Source of the DNA: Candidatus Hadarchaeota archaeon
GTDB lineage: Archaea > Hadarchaeota > Hadarchaeia > Hadarchaeales > JAWBSP01
Direction: 5' to 3'
Assembly: GCA_964474885.1 (NCBI GenBank)
Contig: CAYYWO010000001.1
Coordinates: forward strand, 1-51,379
Length of the DNA: 51,379 nt
Shown here: positions 9,278-18,585 of the stretch, one piece after another
How positions within the stretch are numbered: position 1 is the first letter of the stretch
How the letters are laid out: every line of letters begins with the position of its first letter
Notes under the pieces: model-generated
Database searches by the model: none
What the model was told of the DNA's origin: nothing
The model's input: the letters and a program-made list of their open reading frames with translations, nothing else
Translations under genes and position numbers: made by a program

Positions 9278-9321
9278 ATTTCCCTCTAGAAAGGGAAATT
9301 TTTATAAAAAATTTCCCTCTA
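9278..9321 (+). promoter_or_regulatory. TATA box (TTTATAAA, 9301) embedded in inverted repeats; putative operator
   Basis: ATTTCCCT-N6-AGGGAAAT (9278-9299) and AGGGAAATTTTT-ATA-AAAAATTTCCCT (9292-9318), just before ATG 9329. Confidence 0.65.
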
Positions 9322-9328
9322 TATAGAG

Positions 9329-10609
9329 ATGATCCCCCGCGAAACATGGGCCAGACTCATTAAAGACTTTGCTGAGTTCGAACTACCCGAGCTGGTACCA
9401 CGCGACATCCAGCTCCCCCCCAGCGGATTAAGAAGAGCAGTCGCGATAGTTGGACCCCGTAGAGCTGGGAAAACATTTCTGATGTACCAAATCATGGGCG
9501 AACTCGAGAGAGAGCGCACGCTGTACGTGGACTTGGAAAGCGACATGCTGGTTGGTTGCGGGGTTCTGGATCTGAGGGTGATGCTCGATGTGTTCTACGA
9601 GCTGTATCCGGAAAACGCCAAGCGCGAGATATATCTTTTTCTGGACGAGGTTCAAAACGTCCCCGGCTGGGAGCGCTTTGTGCGCACCCTGCTCGCCAGC
9701 GGGAGAGTGAGAGTGTTCGTGAGCGGCTCGTCCTCCAAGATGCTTTCGAGGGAGATTGCTACGGCTCTCCGCGGCAGGTCACTCTCCTGCTACATCTATC
9801 CGTTCAGTTTCAGGGAATACCTGCGGGCGAAGGGCGTGGAACCAACGCAGTACCCGTCGACGGCGGAAAAGGCCAAGATCTTGAAATCACTGGCGGACTA
9901 CATAAGCGGAAGCTATCCGGAAGCAGTCATGTTCGAGCCTGAACGGGAACGGATCTTGCGCGAAATCCTGGAAGTCACCATCTATCGCGACATCGTTGAG
10001 CGCTTCAAGGTCAAAAATGTGGGGGTGCTGAAGCTCCTGCTGCGGGCCCTGCTCTCGTCAACGTATTTTTCTGTGCACAAGTTTTACAATTATCTCAAAT
10101 CCACCGGGCGGAAGGTGAGCAAGAACACGCTTTACGAGTATCTGGAGTACTTTTCAGACTCCCTCATCCTCTTTCCCCTCCGCAAGTATTCACCGTCATA
10201 CAAAGACATCGAGCAAAGCACACCCAAGATTTACCCCGTTGACAACGGGCTGTGCTCAGTCGTGGGAGTTGAGGACCGCGGCAGGTTCATGGAACAAGTG
10301 GTGTTCCTGGAGTTCGTGCGCCGGGGACTGCTACCGAACTCCAACCTGTTCTATGTAAACACGCGGCGGGGTGAGGTAGACTTTGCACTGAAGCACGGAC
10401 GCACCATTTCAGAGCTCGTCCAAGTCTGCTACGGTATTGAGGATATGAACACTAGGGAACGCGAGCTGGGCGCGCTCGTTGCGGCTGGAAAGGGATTGGA
10501 TTGCAGGAGGCTCCGGGTAATCACATGGGATCAGGAAGAAACGGTTCAGTACGGTGGGAGAAACATCAAGCTGACCCCGCTGTGGAAGTGGTTGCTGGGG
10601 TTCGGCTGA
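9329..10609 (+). CDS. AAA_14 / DUF4143 ATP-binding protein
   Basis: GPRRAGKT, FLDEVQ, SGSSS, PFSFRE, KIYPVDNG, EVDF and VQV motifs. Confidence 0.9.
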   Translation: MIPRETWARLIKDFAEFELPELVPRDIQLPPSGLRRAVAIVGPRRAGKTFLMYQIMGELERERTLYVDLESDMLVGCGVLDLRVMLDVFYELYPENAKREIYLFLDEVQNVPGWERFVRTLLASGRVRVFVSGSSSKMLSREIATALRGRSLSCYIYPFSFREYLRAKGVEPTQYPSTAEKAKILKSLADYISGSYPEAVMFEPERERILREILEVTIYRDIVERFKVKNVGVLKLLLRALLSSTYFSVHKFYNYLKSTGRKVSKNTLYEYLEYFSDSLILFPLRKYSPSYKDIEQSTPKIYPVDNGLCSVVGVEDRGRFMEQVVFLEFVRRGLLPNSNLFYVNTRRGEVDFALKHGRTISELVQVCYGIEDMNTRERELGALVAAGKGLDCRRLRVITWDQEETVQYGGRNIKLTPLWKWLLGFG

Positions 10610-10614
10610 GGAGC

Positions 10615-13428
10615 TCACTCGAGGTAGATCGCAGGCTTAAAGGGTAGGGCTCTGGATGCCTTTCCTTGGGGGTCGTATTTCTGCGGATCTTTCTCGTCCC
10701 AAACCTCAACCCTCCCCCCAATCTTTTTTTCGATATATGCAAGATTCTCCTTCAGGTACTTCAGCTCGGGTGTCCTCACGCTCGCCAGCCTTTTTGAAGT
10801 GTCGGGCCCCAGCTGCTTCCGGAGCTTGTTGATTTTGCCCAGCACCTCCGAGGCCTCCCTCTCGTCCAGCCCCGCTCGGACGGCGTGCTGCAGGGCCTCG
10901 CCGAACTCACGTCCCTCCACCAGTTCTTTGAACAGATCCACCTTCAGTTGGGAGGCTGTGTAGATGTAGACCCGGGCGGGCTTGCGCTTGGTCACCCTAA
11001 CTACCTCCGTCAAATCTTGAAGAAGCCTATCCAGGTATTCCTCCATCACCTCCAGCTCGGAATCTTCCATCTCTGGTGAGGGCTCGGGCCAGGACTGCGT
11101 GCAGATGAAACCCTTCTTTCCAAGTCTGGACCAGAGCTCTTCGCAGAGGTGGGGGATGAAAGGGGAGAGGAGCCTCAGCCAGGTCTCGAGGAATCGTCTC
11201 CCAACGGCAGCCTTCCCTCCCCGCTCGAAGTACCTCTCCACATCTTTGAGGATCTCGAAGAAGGCAGTTTGAAGGGACTTCCTCGTCTCAAACCTCTCCA
11301 TGGATTGCGTCACCTTCCTGATGTGGCCCTGGAGCCTGCTCATCAGCCACCTGTCCACGGGTGCCGGCTCACCCCCTTGGAGCAGGCGCTCGACCGCCGA
11401 GAGGAAGCGATTGATGTTGCCGACAGTGGCCCTGGCTTCGCTTTCCCTCCAGTTGAAGTCCTGCCAGGGCTCGGATCCCAGTAGCAGGTAAAACCTGACC
11501 CCATCCGCCCCGTATTTTCTCACCACTTCGGGTATGGTCACTAGCCATCCCTTGGAGGTGGACATCTTCCTCCCCTCCAGCATGACCATGCCCAAGGCGA
11601 GGATGCCCCTGGGGAGTTTGTGGGGGAAGAGTAGCGAGTGGTGGAAGATGAAGAAGGTGAGGTGATTCGAGATGAGCTCATAGGCGGAGACCCTGAAGTC
11701 CAGGGGGTACCAATAATCAAACTCCTGCCGCATCCTAGTGAGGAGCCCAGGCTGGATGCCTCTCTCCTTCTCCAGCTGGGCCGGATCCCCCTGGCCGGCG
11801 AAGATGAAATCGAAGACCGGGTCATCGAGTTTCTCAGGTTCTATCTGCTTGATCAGGTGGGAGATGGTGTAAAAAGCCATATAGATGGTAGAGTCACTGA
11901 GGGACTCGATTATCCAGTCGGGCGCCCAGGGAGCAGGAGTACCCAAGCCGATTTTCCTCGTACACGGCCACTCGTGTAGCCAATTTATAGTGAATTCATA
12001 CTGCGCTCTCGATTCGGGCGGCACGAGCTCCATCTGGGATAGGGCGGATCGGGCCTGCTCCTTCCAGTTTGGGTTGGAATAATCGATGAACCACTGATCC
12101 TCAACGACCTTCACGATGCAGGACGAACCGCATCTGCATGTGACAGGAAGATAGGAGAATTCATACATGATCGCCCCATCCCCGGAGCAAATGAGATCCC
12201 CCTTAACCTCCTCCCTTGCTCTTGAAACAGGCATACCGGCATACTTTCCCGTCCACTCCTTCATCCTGCCGCGGGCGAACTCCTCCTTGTAGACCTCTTT
12301 CGTGGCCTCCTCGAGCTTCGGATCCAGCTGATCTTTGATCTTCATCCTCTCGACCACGGTGACGGCGGGGCATTCTCCATAGCCCTCTAATTCGATGAGC
12401 GGGATGGGCTTCAATTTGCTTGCGAGTTCTTTCCACTTCTCATCCCTTTCTAGGTCCTTCAGTGCGATGTAGTCATAGGGAGCATGAGCTGGGACGGAAC
12501 CGACGACGCCGGTCGCGGAGTTGGGGTCCACGAACTCAGCTGGTAGGATGGGGACCCTCTTGTTCGTGATGGGGACGGAGACTTCGCTACCGAACTCGGG
12601 CGTGAAATCTGATAAGATCTCGACGTTGTAGCCCTGATGCTTCAGCTTCTTGGCACCTTCTCTGCTCACGACCCATTTCTCCCCATCCACCCTGGCGACC
12701 ACGTAAGAAGCTTTTGGGTTTAACCATATGTTCGTCAGACCGAAAATGGTCTCAGGCCGGAGCGTGGCAGCTGGGAAACAGAGATCCCCCTGCCTGTACT
12801 TGATCAGAGTGAACTCGAGGATTTCTACCCCTTCCCCCTCCAGCAAGTCATGATCGGTAACGGGATTGTTGCAGCTGGGGCACCATTTGACGGGGTGCCT
12901 CCCCTTGACAATCAGTCCTCTCTGTTGTAGCTTGTGGTACTGCCAGGTAATGAACTTTTGGTAATGGGAGTCAACGGTTGTAAATTCCCTCCTCCAGTCG
13001 ATAGAGAGGCCGAGCATTTCGGTCCCCCTCCTGTACCCAAGTTCGCTGGATTTTGCCCAGTATTGAGCGAAGTACACGGGGTCCTCGAACTTCTCGATTT
13101 CCTCCTCCGGGACTCCGAATCTCTTCAGTGCCTGGAGAGTGGGCGGGTCTCTCGATTTGACACGCTTGGAAACACCCACGATGGGCGTGCCCGTGAAATG
13201 GTACGCAAATGGGAAGAGGACATTGTAGCCCCTCATGCGCTTGTACCTGGCTATCACATCGGGGACCAGATAGGTACGCGCATGCCCTAGGTGCATAGGG
13301 CCCGAGACGTAGGGGTAAGCAACTGTTATGAAAAATTTGGGCCTGTTATCTGGGCTTGCCTCGAAGATTCTGGCCTGTCTCCACGCACGTTGCCACTTCT
13401 CACTTATTTCTGGCAGTCTGATGGGCAT
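10615..13428 (-). CDS. leuS: Leucine--tRNA ligase (archaeal type)
   Basis: YPYVSGPMHLGH (HIGH), ATLRPET, SVPAHAPYD, ESLSDSTIY, KMSTS, terminal PFKPAIYLE. Start taken at MPIRL. Confidence 0.97.
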   Translation of the reverse strand: MPIRLPEISEKWQRAWRQARIFEASPDNRPKFFITVAYPYVSGPMHLGHARTYLVPDVIARYKRMRGYNVLFPFAYHFTGTPIVGVSKRVKSRDPPTLQALKRFGVPEEEIEKFEDPVYFAQYWAKSSELGYRRGTEMLGLSIDWRREFTTVDSHYQKFITWQYHKLQQRGLIVKGRHPVKWCPSCNNPVTDHDLLEGEGVEILEFTLIKYRQGDLCFPAATLRPETIFGLTNIWLNPKASYVVARVDGEKWVVSREGAKKLKHQGYNVEILSDFTPEFGSEVSVPITNKRVPILPAEFVDPNSATGVVGSVPAHAPYDYIALKDLERDEKWKELASKLKPIPLIELEGYGECPAVTVVERMKIKDQLDPKLEEATKEVYKEEFARGRMKEWTGKYAGMPVSRAREEVKGDLICSGDGAIMYEFSYLPVTCRCGSSCIVKVVEDQWFIDYSNPNWKEQARSALSQMELVPPESRAQYEFTINWLHEWPCTRKIGLGTPAPWAPDWIIESLSDSTIYMAFYTISHLIKQIEPEKLDDPVFDFIFAGQGDPAQLEKERGIQPGLLTRMRQEFDYWYPLDFRVSAYELISNHLTFFIFHHSLLFPHKLPRGILALGMVMLEGRKMSTSKGWLVTIPEVVRKYGADGVRFYLLLGSEPWQDFNWRESEARATVGNINRFLSAVERLLQGGEPAPVDRWLMSRLQGHIRKVTQSMERFETRKSLQTAFFEILKDVERYFERGGKAAVGRRFLETWLRLLSPFIPHLCEELWSRLGKKGFICTQSWPEPSPEMEDSELEVMEEYLDRLLQDLTEVVRVTKRKPARVYIYTASQLKVDLFKELVEGREFGEALQHAVRAGLDEREASEVLGKINKLRKQLGPDTSKRLASVRTPELKYLKENLAYIEKKIGGRVEVWDEKDPQKYDPQGKASRALPFKPAIYLE

Positions 13429-13456
13429 TCTAAAATCTCCGCCTACCATAAATTGG

Positions 13457-14140
13457 ATGCTTTGTATGATCCTGTGCGGCGGCTTGGGGAAACGTATGAG
13501 GGGGCTGACAAACATGCCAAAAGTCTTGCTTGAGATCAGACCAGGTTTGACCCTCCTCGATTACCAGCTTGAAAAATACAGGAAGGCAGGCTTCAGCAAG
13601 GCCTATCTCCTAACCGCTTACGGCCACGACTTAATCAGGGATCGATACGGGGAGGAGTTCAAGGGACTCAAATTGGAGTACGTGCACGAGGGTGAGCCTA
13701 GGGGTACGCTGAACGCCATCAGGCTGGGCTTGGAGAGGGCAAACCAGGACGTGATGGTGAGCAATGGGGATGTCATAGCGGAGATCGATCTGCAACGGAT
13801 GTGGCGTGAGTTCAAGGGTAGCAACGCGCTCGCCTCAGTTTTTGTCACGCCTATGCGTAGCCCATATGGTGTGGTTCAGCTCGAGGGGAGTAAGATCGTT
13901 GGATTCAAGGAAAAACCGCTTTTGGGCATCTACATCAACGGAGGCTACTACTGCCTGAGGAGGGAAGTGCTCCCGCTTCTCGAAGAATTTCGCGAGGGGG
14001 ACATCGAGAGGACCCTCTTTCCTAAGCTGGCTAGCGAGGGTAAAATGATCAGCTACAAAGAGGAGGGGAATAAGTTCTGGATCTCAGTGGATACCCCCAA
14101 GGATTTGGACGAAGTGAGGAAGAGGTTCACCTCTACTTGA
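13457..14140 (+). CDS. Sugar-phosphate nucleotidyltransferase (NTP_transferase family)
   Basis: [10 protein letters not shown]...[27 protein letters not shown]. Confidence 0.9.
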   Translation: MLCMILCGGLGKRMRGLTNMPKVLLEIRPGLTLLDYQLEKYRKAGFSKAYLLTAYGHDLIRDRYGEEFKGLKLEYVHEGEPRGTLNAIRLGLERANQDVMVSNGDVIAEIDLQRMWREFKGSNALASVFVTPMRSPYGVVQLEGSKIVGFKEKPLLGIYINGGYYCLRREVLPLLEEFREGDIERTLFPKLASEGKMISYKEEGNKFWISVDTPKDLDEVRKRFTST

Positions 14141-14318
14141 GTCTGAACCTTTGAACAGTTTTGTTCTTCCAGCTGTACCTCTTAATGCGCTTTGATCTAC
14201 CAAAGCCACAAGCCGCACATTTCTTCTTTTGTGGATTGTAGGCTCTCCTGCCGCACCGTCTGCACCGGATGTGAGTGACATGGTGCCTCTTTCCTTTTGA
14301 GGGAGTGCCCTTTGACAT
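14133..14318 (-). CDS. rpl37e: 50S ribosomal protein L37e
   Basis: [24 protein letters not shown]...CAACGFG; conserved position after lsm. Confidence 0.97.
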   Translation of the reverse strand: MSKGTPSKGKRHHVTHIRCRRCGRRAYNPQKKKCAACGFGRSKRIKRYSWKNKTVQRFRLK

Positions 14319-14320
14319 GC

Positions 14321-14551
14321 TCAACCTGGGGAGACGAAGAGCACGCTGTCCCCCCTGATCATCATCCTTCCGTACCTGCGCTTTACTTCACCACCTTGGA
14401 TCTCTTCGGCATCCTCGAGCACGAGATTGACATGGAGGTCGAAACCTGCCAGTCTCCCCCTGATAATGTGACCGTCTTTCAGCCCAACTAGCACTACTGA
14501 ATTCAAGGACTGGGTTAGCACGTCATAAGGTTTGACAGGGGTAGTAGGCAT
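14321..14551 (-). CDS. lsm: Sm-like archaeal protein (SmAP1/Lsm)
   Basis: [14 protein letters not shown] (Sm1) and IRGDSV (Sm2). Confidence 0.95.
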   Translation of the reverse strand: MPTTPVKPYDVLTQSLNSVVLVGLKDGHIIRGRLAGFDLHVNLVLEDAEEIQGGEVKRRYGRMMIRGDSVLFVSPG

Positions 14552-14594
14552 CAATATCGGAGGTAAGAACTTTTAAATGTGGAGTTAAGAATAA

Positions 14595-15812
14595 GTGGTG
14601 AAGACTAAAATCAAATTGAATTGGTTCGAAGGAGTGGGAGCACCTCCGCAAATTCACCGCAAGATAAAACTTTCAAAGACTGACAGGAAAGGGCTGGAAA
14701 TTGGCGGAAAGTATGTAAAGGGAGTCTGGTTCCGCATGGTCGAGGTAATCGACCAAGTAGAGAAGGGGAAGATGCCTCCAAAGGAAGAGAGACTAGGAGC
14801 AGCTGCACTCGTTCCACTTCAGCTAGACTATGCTTCACTCGCCCCCCTCATGAAAGTGTTCCTTCCAAAGATTCTCCTCCCGAATGCCACGCTGTTCACC
14901 ATGATAACGAATGAGACTGGGGAACATCTGATCTGGGCAGCTGTGGAGTACTGCGAGCGGGGTGTTTATAAGTGGGTCAAGCAACTGAATGTGGAGGAGG
15001 ATTGGGCGGATGAAATAAATCCGCTCATTGCACAGAACGATCTGAGGGGTGCTTACGAGAGAGGGAAGGAGTTTGTCAGGGAGAAATTTGGAGTTGAGGT
15101 TGGGTGGATCAAAGTAGCCAGACCTCAGTTCTTTATAGAATTGTACAAGACCTTCGAGGCGGAGAAGTGGGGAGAGGACTTGGTCGGTGGACTACCAGCC
15201 TTAATAAACTTCCTGCAGGAGGTCTTCAAGCCGCAGCCCCTCGGGAAGAGCAAGTTACCATGCCACATAAACTTCTACCCGGTTCCATACTGCTTCGGGA
15301 TGCTCCAACGGTTGTTGCCTACCCTGAGCAAACTGAAAGCAGAGGAGCTCTCCCGCGAACTCAAGAGGCTCATGTCTAGGATGCCAAACTCCAGGACTGT
15401 TGCGGTCCTGTCTGACGGGGCCAGGGCAGCGGCCTTTGATGTTAGACTCGAGGACGGCCGCCTATTGATTTACCCCATCCCTCAGGAAGAAGCCGACAGG
15501 CTTTTCGATCGAGACGTGAGGGAGATGGCGGAGAAGTTCAAGGATAAATTCGAGCCGGACAATGTGCTTGTCATAGGTCCCAGGGCTCTGGAGCGGTTGG
15601 CGGATTTCTTGGAAAAATTCCTTCAGGCTGAGGTCCCATTTGACGAAAGGGCATACGAGGTTTTGGGCAAGTTCGTACTCCAGTTCCTGAGAGTGAGAGA
15701 TGTGTACTTCGATCTCGCCCCCGAAAAGATGGCCCTGGCAACGAGGGCGTCGCTGGGCATTTCAGCGTCCCTGCTTCCTCTCATCTCTCCCTTCCTCCGC
15801 AGTATAGCGTAA
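14595..15812 (+). CDS. Hypothetical protein (405 aa)
   Basis: Long ORF with a TATA-like TTTTAAAT at ~14571. No recognisable motif. Confidence 0.75.
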   Translation: MVKTKIKLNWFEGVGAPPQIHRKIKLSKTDRKGLEIGGKYVKGVWFRMVEVIDQVEKGKMPPKEERLGAAALVPLQLDYASLAPLMKVFLPKILLPNATLFTMITNETGEHLIWAAVEYCERGVYKWVKQLNVEEDWADEINPLIAQNDLRGAYERGKEFVREKFGVEVGWIKVARPQFFIELYKTFEAEKWGEDLVGGLPALINFLQEVFKPQPLGKSKLPCHINFYPVPYCFGMLQRLLPTLSKLKAEELSRELKRLMSRMPNSRTVAVLSDGARAAAFDVRLEDGRLLIYPIPQEEADRLFDRDVREMAEKFKDKFEPDNVLVIGPRALERLADFLEKFLQAEVPFDERAYEVLGKFVLQFLRVRDVYFDLAPEKMALATRASLGISASLLPLISPFLRSIA

Positions 15813-15841
15813 GACTTTTAAAGCAAGAGTTGTTGTACAAA

Positions 15842-16186
15842 ATGGCGGTAGATACAAGACTTGTTGAGGGTACCACAAAGTTGCTGGCTCTCGTAGGGCC
15901 GCTTTCGAAGATGGTCGCCAACATCCTCACACCTGAAAACACAGAATTCTTGATTGAACTTCTTAGGAAGGAAGAGGTAAAAGAGAGCACGGCAACTCTG
16001 TTAGAGGCATTAGACACTGGATTACTAGCAGTTCTCCTACCAACGATTGGCTCAGTTGTGGGCGCTTTCCTAGCAGAGATCAGAGAGAGGGAGGACCTGA
16101 AGAAAGCCTTGGTGGGCATGATAACAAGCTTATCAACCCTGAACAAGGAACTGACTCGGTTATTGCTCGGACCGCCTTCCAAGTGA
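15842..16186 (+). CDS. Hypothetical all-helical Leu-rich protein (paralog of 17367-17834)
   Basis: Amphipathic pattern; aligns by eye with the downstream paralog; overlaps the next start. Confidence 0.75.
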   Translation: MAVDTRLVEGTTKLLALVGPLSKMVANILTPENTEFLIELLRKEEVKESTATLLEALDTGLLAVLLPTIGSVVGAFLAEIREREDLKKALVGMITSLSTLNKELTRLLLGPPSK

Positions 16187-17367
16187 TGGTGAAGGCGCTG
16201 GTTACGGGGGCCTGTGGTTTTGTAGGCTCAGAAGTAGTTAGACAGTTAGTAGAAAAAGGTTATAAGGTAAGAGCAACGGATCTTCCCCAGGCTGACTGGA
16301 GCCCCTTAAAGAAGCTAGGAGTGGAGATCCGTCCAGCCGACCTCACCAAACCCGAAACCTTAGCAGAGGTGGTGAAGGGAGTTGATGTTATTTTCAACCC
16401 TGCCTCTCTCTTCAACTACAGTTCCCCAATGGATGCCATGATGAAGGTGAATGTAGATGGTATAAGGAACCTGTGTGAAGCCGTGCTCAAGCACAATCCT
16501 TCGTTAAAGGTCTTCGTACATTGGAGCACTCTAGAGGTAGTGGGGTATAACATGTTCGACCCCAAGTATTTACCACCCAGTCAGGAGCTGACTGAGGAGT
16601 ACTCAAATCTAACGCCAGGAGATTCACCTTATGCGAAAACCAAATGGCTACAGGAACAGGAGGTTTGGAAATATCACCGCGAGCGGGGGCTGCCCGTAAT
16701 TGTTTTGAGGCTGGGGACAGTCTACGGGGCAGGCCGCACGAGGAAAATCATCAGGGAGGAGAAAACCTCCTTGACAGCCAAGTTGATCAACTTGTTCGCG
16801 GATGTCGCGGCCTTAGGGTCTTTTCCGAAGAACATAAACTGGCGTTGGCCCCTAGTGCACGTTCAGGATGTGGCGGGTGCGGCCATTTTCCTTTCGGAGA
16901 AGCCGGAAGCGATCGGGCAAGTGTTTAATATAGTGGACGATGGTTGTACATTCTCTGAGATGATTTTCGCCGTAGCCGAAAAGCTCGGGATTAAGCTGAG
17001 ACCTTTAGAGTTCCCTTCCCTGGAGGACCTTTGGCCGCCCCTCTCGAAATACCTACGAGGGGACTTGCCCCCGAAATTGTTGGATACCGCCTACAGAACC
17101 CTAGTGAAGGAGCTTGAGAGAGGAGGGAGAAAGGTCTGGATGCAGCCTCAGTACTTGGTCTCCTATGCTAAACTAATTTTTGGCATGGAAGGGTGGGCTA
17201 ACAACTTTAAAGCTTCTAACAAAAAGCTGAAGTCCCTCGGTTATCGTTTCAAGTACAAGAATATCATCCAGGCTTTGGACGAAATGATCGAGGAGTTCAA
17301 GCGAAAGGGCTGGCTGGTTCAGAATCCAGGCCTCGGTCACCTGCTGAAAGAGGGGTTGCTTTACTGA
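16186..17367 (+). CDS. NAD-dependent epimerase/dehydratase, extended SDR (3beta-HSD-like)
   Basis: VTGACGFVG, HWST, YAKTK (YxxxK), VHVQDVA. Confidence 0.9.
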   Translation: MVKALVTGACGFVGSEVVRQLVEKGYKVRATDLPQADWSPLKKLGVEIRPADLTKPETLAEVVKGVDVIFNPASLFNYSSPMDAMMKVNVDGIRNLCEAVLKHNPSLKVFVHWSTLEVVGYNMFDPKYLPPSQELTEEYSNLTPGDSPYAKTKWLQEQEVWKYHRERGLPVIVLRLGTVYGAGRTRKIIREEKTSLTAKLINLFADVAALGSFPKNINWRWPLVHVQDVAGAAIFLSEKPEAIGQVFNIVDDGCTFSEMIFAVAEKLGIKLRPLEFPSLEDLWPPLSKYLRGDLPPKLLDTAYRTLVKELERGGRKVWMQPQYLVSYAKLIFGMEGWANNFKASNKKLKSLGYRFKYKNIIQALDEMIEEFKRKGWLVQNPGLGHLLKEGLLY

Positions 17368-17834
17368 TGCCACAAAGGAAGCTAGGGAATATTGGGGATA
17401 TTGGGGGCTTGTTGCAGCTGTTATCTACCCTCCCCGGTTTGCTCAGGGGCGTTCCGATCCTGCTCCGACTCCTTTCAGACGCCAGAGTCAGGGAGTTGAT
17501 TGCAAAAACGATAGATAGGTTGCTCGTTCCTGCTCTGAATGCATTGGGGCAGATGTTCACCCCCGAGCTCATAGAGGCGTGGGGTAAACTCCTGGATGAC
17601 GAGAGAGTCTATAAAGCCTTGGATGATTTATACACTTCTCTGGATCCGGAACTCTCGGCACAGTTGAGCAAGATCGTGGGAGCGGTGATGGGTGCTCTGT
17701 TTCTCCAGCTGCTGGAAAACGAGAGGACGAGGGAAGCTCTTGTGGTCTTCACCCAGAGTTTGGCCACTTTTTCGAAAGAGTTTCTGTCAACACTGACTCG
17801 TGAGGAGACACTTCCTGAGAAAAAAAGAGGCTAA
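17367..17834 (+). CDS. Hypothetical all-helical Leu-rich protein (paralog of 15842-16186)
   Basis: TGATG coupling to the SDR gene; amphipathic helices. Confidence 0.75.
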   Translation: MPQRKLGNIGDIGGLLQLLSTLPGLLRGVPILLRLLSDARVRELIAKTIDRLLVPALNALGQMFTPELIEAWGKLLDDERVYKALDDLYTSLDPELSAQLSKIVGAVMGALFLQLLENERTREALVVFTQSLATFSKEFLSTLTREETLPEKKRG

Positions 17835-18249
17835 AGAGCTTCTCCACGAACTGGAGAGCATAGGCCTGCTGAAAGAACTGTCTTCGGGGATAGAACGGGT
17901 GGAAAGGGGAGATGAGGAAGTTTACCTGCTTGAGGGCAGGCCCCTCTGCTTTCGAAAGGAAGGCAGGCTTTTTCCCTCCCTGCACTACGCGGATGCCTTT
18001 AGGCTGAAGAAGGTTGTGGTGGACATGGGTGCGGTTAGGCATCTGATCAACGGAGCGGACGTTATGGCACCGGGCATCGTGGAGATGGATGAGGTCAAAA
18101 AGGGCGAGCTGGTTTTGGTGGTCGACCAGAAGTACCGAAAGCCGCTCGTGATCGGGTACTCTCTGGTCGAGGGGAAAAAGCCGGAGAAGGGAAAAGTTGT
18201 CAAGAATGTGCACAGGCTAGGGGACAAGATCTGGAAAATGGGAGTTTGA
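17800..18249 (+). CDS. PUA-domain RNA-binding protein (DUF1947+PUA, MCT-1-like)
   Basis: RHFLRKKEAK N-terminus; VVVDMGAVRHLINGADVMAPGI; HRLGDKIW. Confidence 0.92.
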   Translation: MRRHFLRKKEAKELLHELESIGLLKELSSGIERVERGDEEVYLLEGRPLCFRKEGRLFPSLHYADAFRLKKVVVDMGAVRHLINGADVMAPGIVEMDEVKKGELVLVVDQKYRKPLVIGYSLVEGKKPEKGKVVKNVHRLGDKIWKMGV

Positions 18250-18474
18250 TTGACATATGTGCTAATAGGGAGCTGGCGGAGCGGTTTGGGAGGGAGGCTC
18301 ATCTTTGAGAGGACTTGAGAAAATCGGTTCCTCTCAGCGCAAGGAGGCTCGTTCTCATCCTTTGATGAATTTCATTGAGACTCGGTCCCGCAATTCCCTC
18401 CATCTTCCAGAGGTGGGATCTTTATCTGTCGAGAACCAATCGTGCTGATCTTGGTTTCCCGGGATTGAGAGAGG

Positions 18475-18546
18475 TGGACCGGGCGGGATTCGAACCCGCG
18501 ACCTCTCGCATGCCAAGCGAGCGATCTACCGCTGATCTACCGGCCC
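18475..18546 (-). tRNA. tRNA-Ala (GGC)
   Basis: Cloverleaf with GGGCCGG acceptor carrying a G3:U70 pair, anticodon arm CTCGC-TTGGCAT-GCGAG, TTCGAAT T-loop. Confidence 0.96.
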
Positions 18547-18585
18547 ATCAGAAAATTTAGTTAGAATTATGAAAAGAACTAAAAA

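Noticed and set aside
18250-18474. Gene remnant or att site downstream of tRNA-Ala
   Set aside because: No recognisable coding motif, and no second copy of the tRNA 3' end seen in the window.
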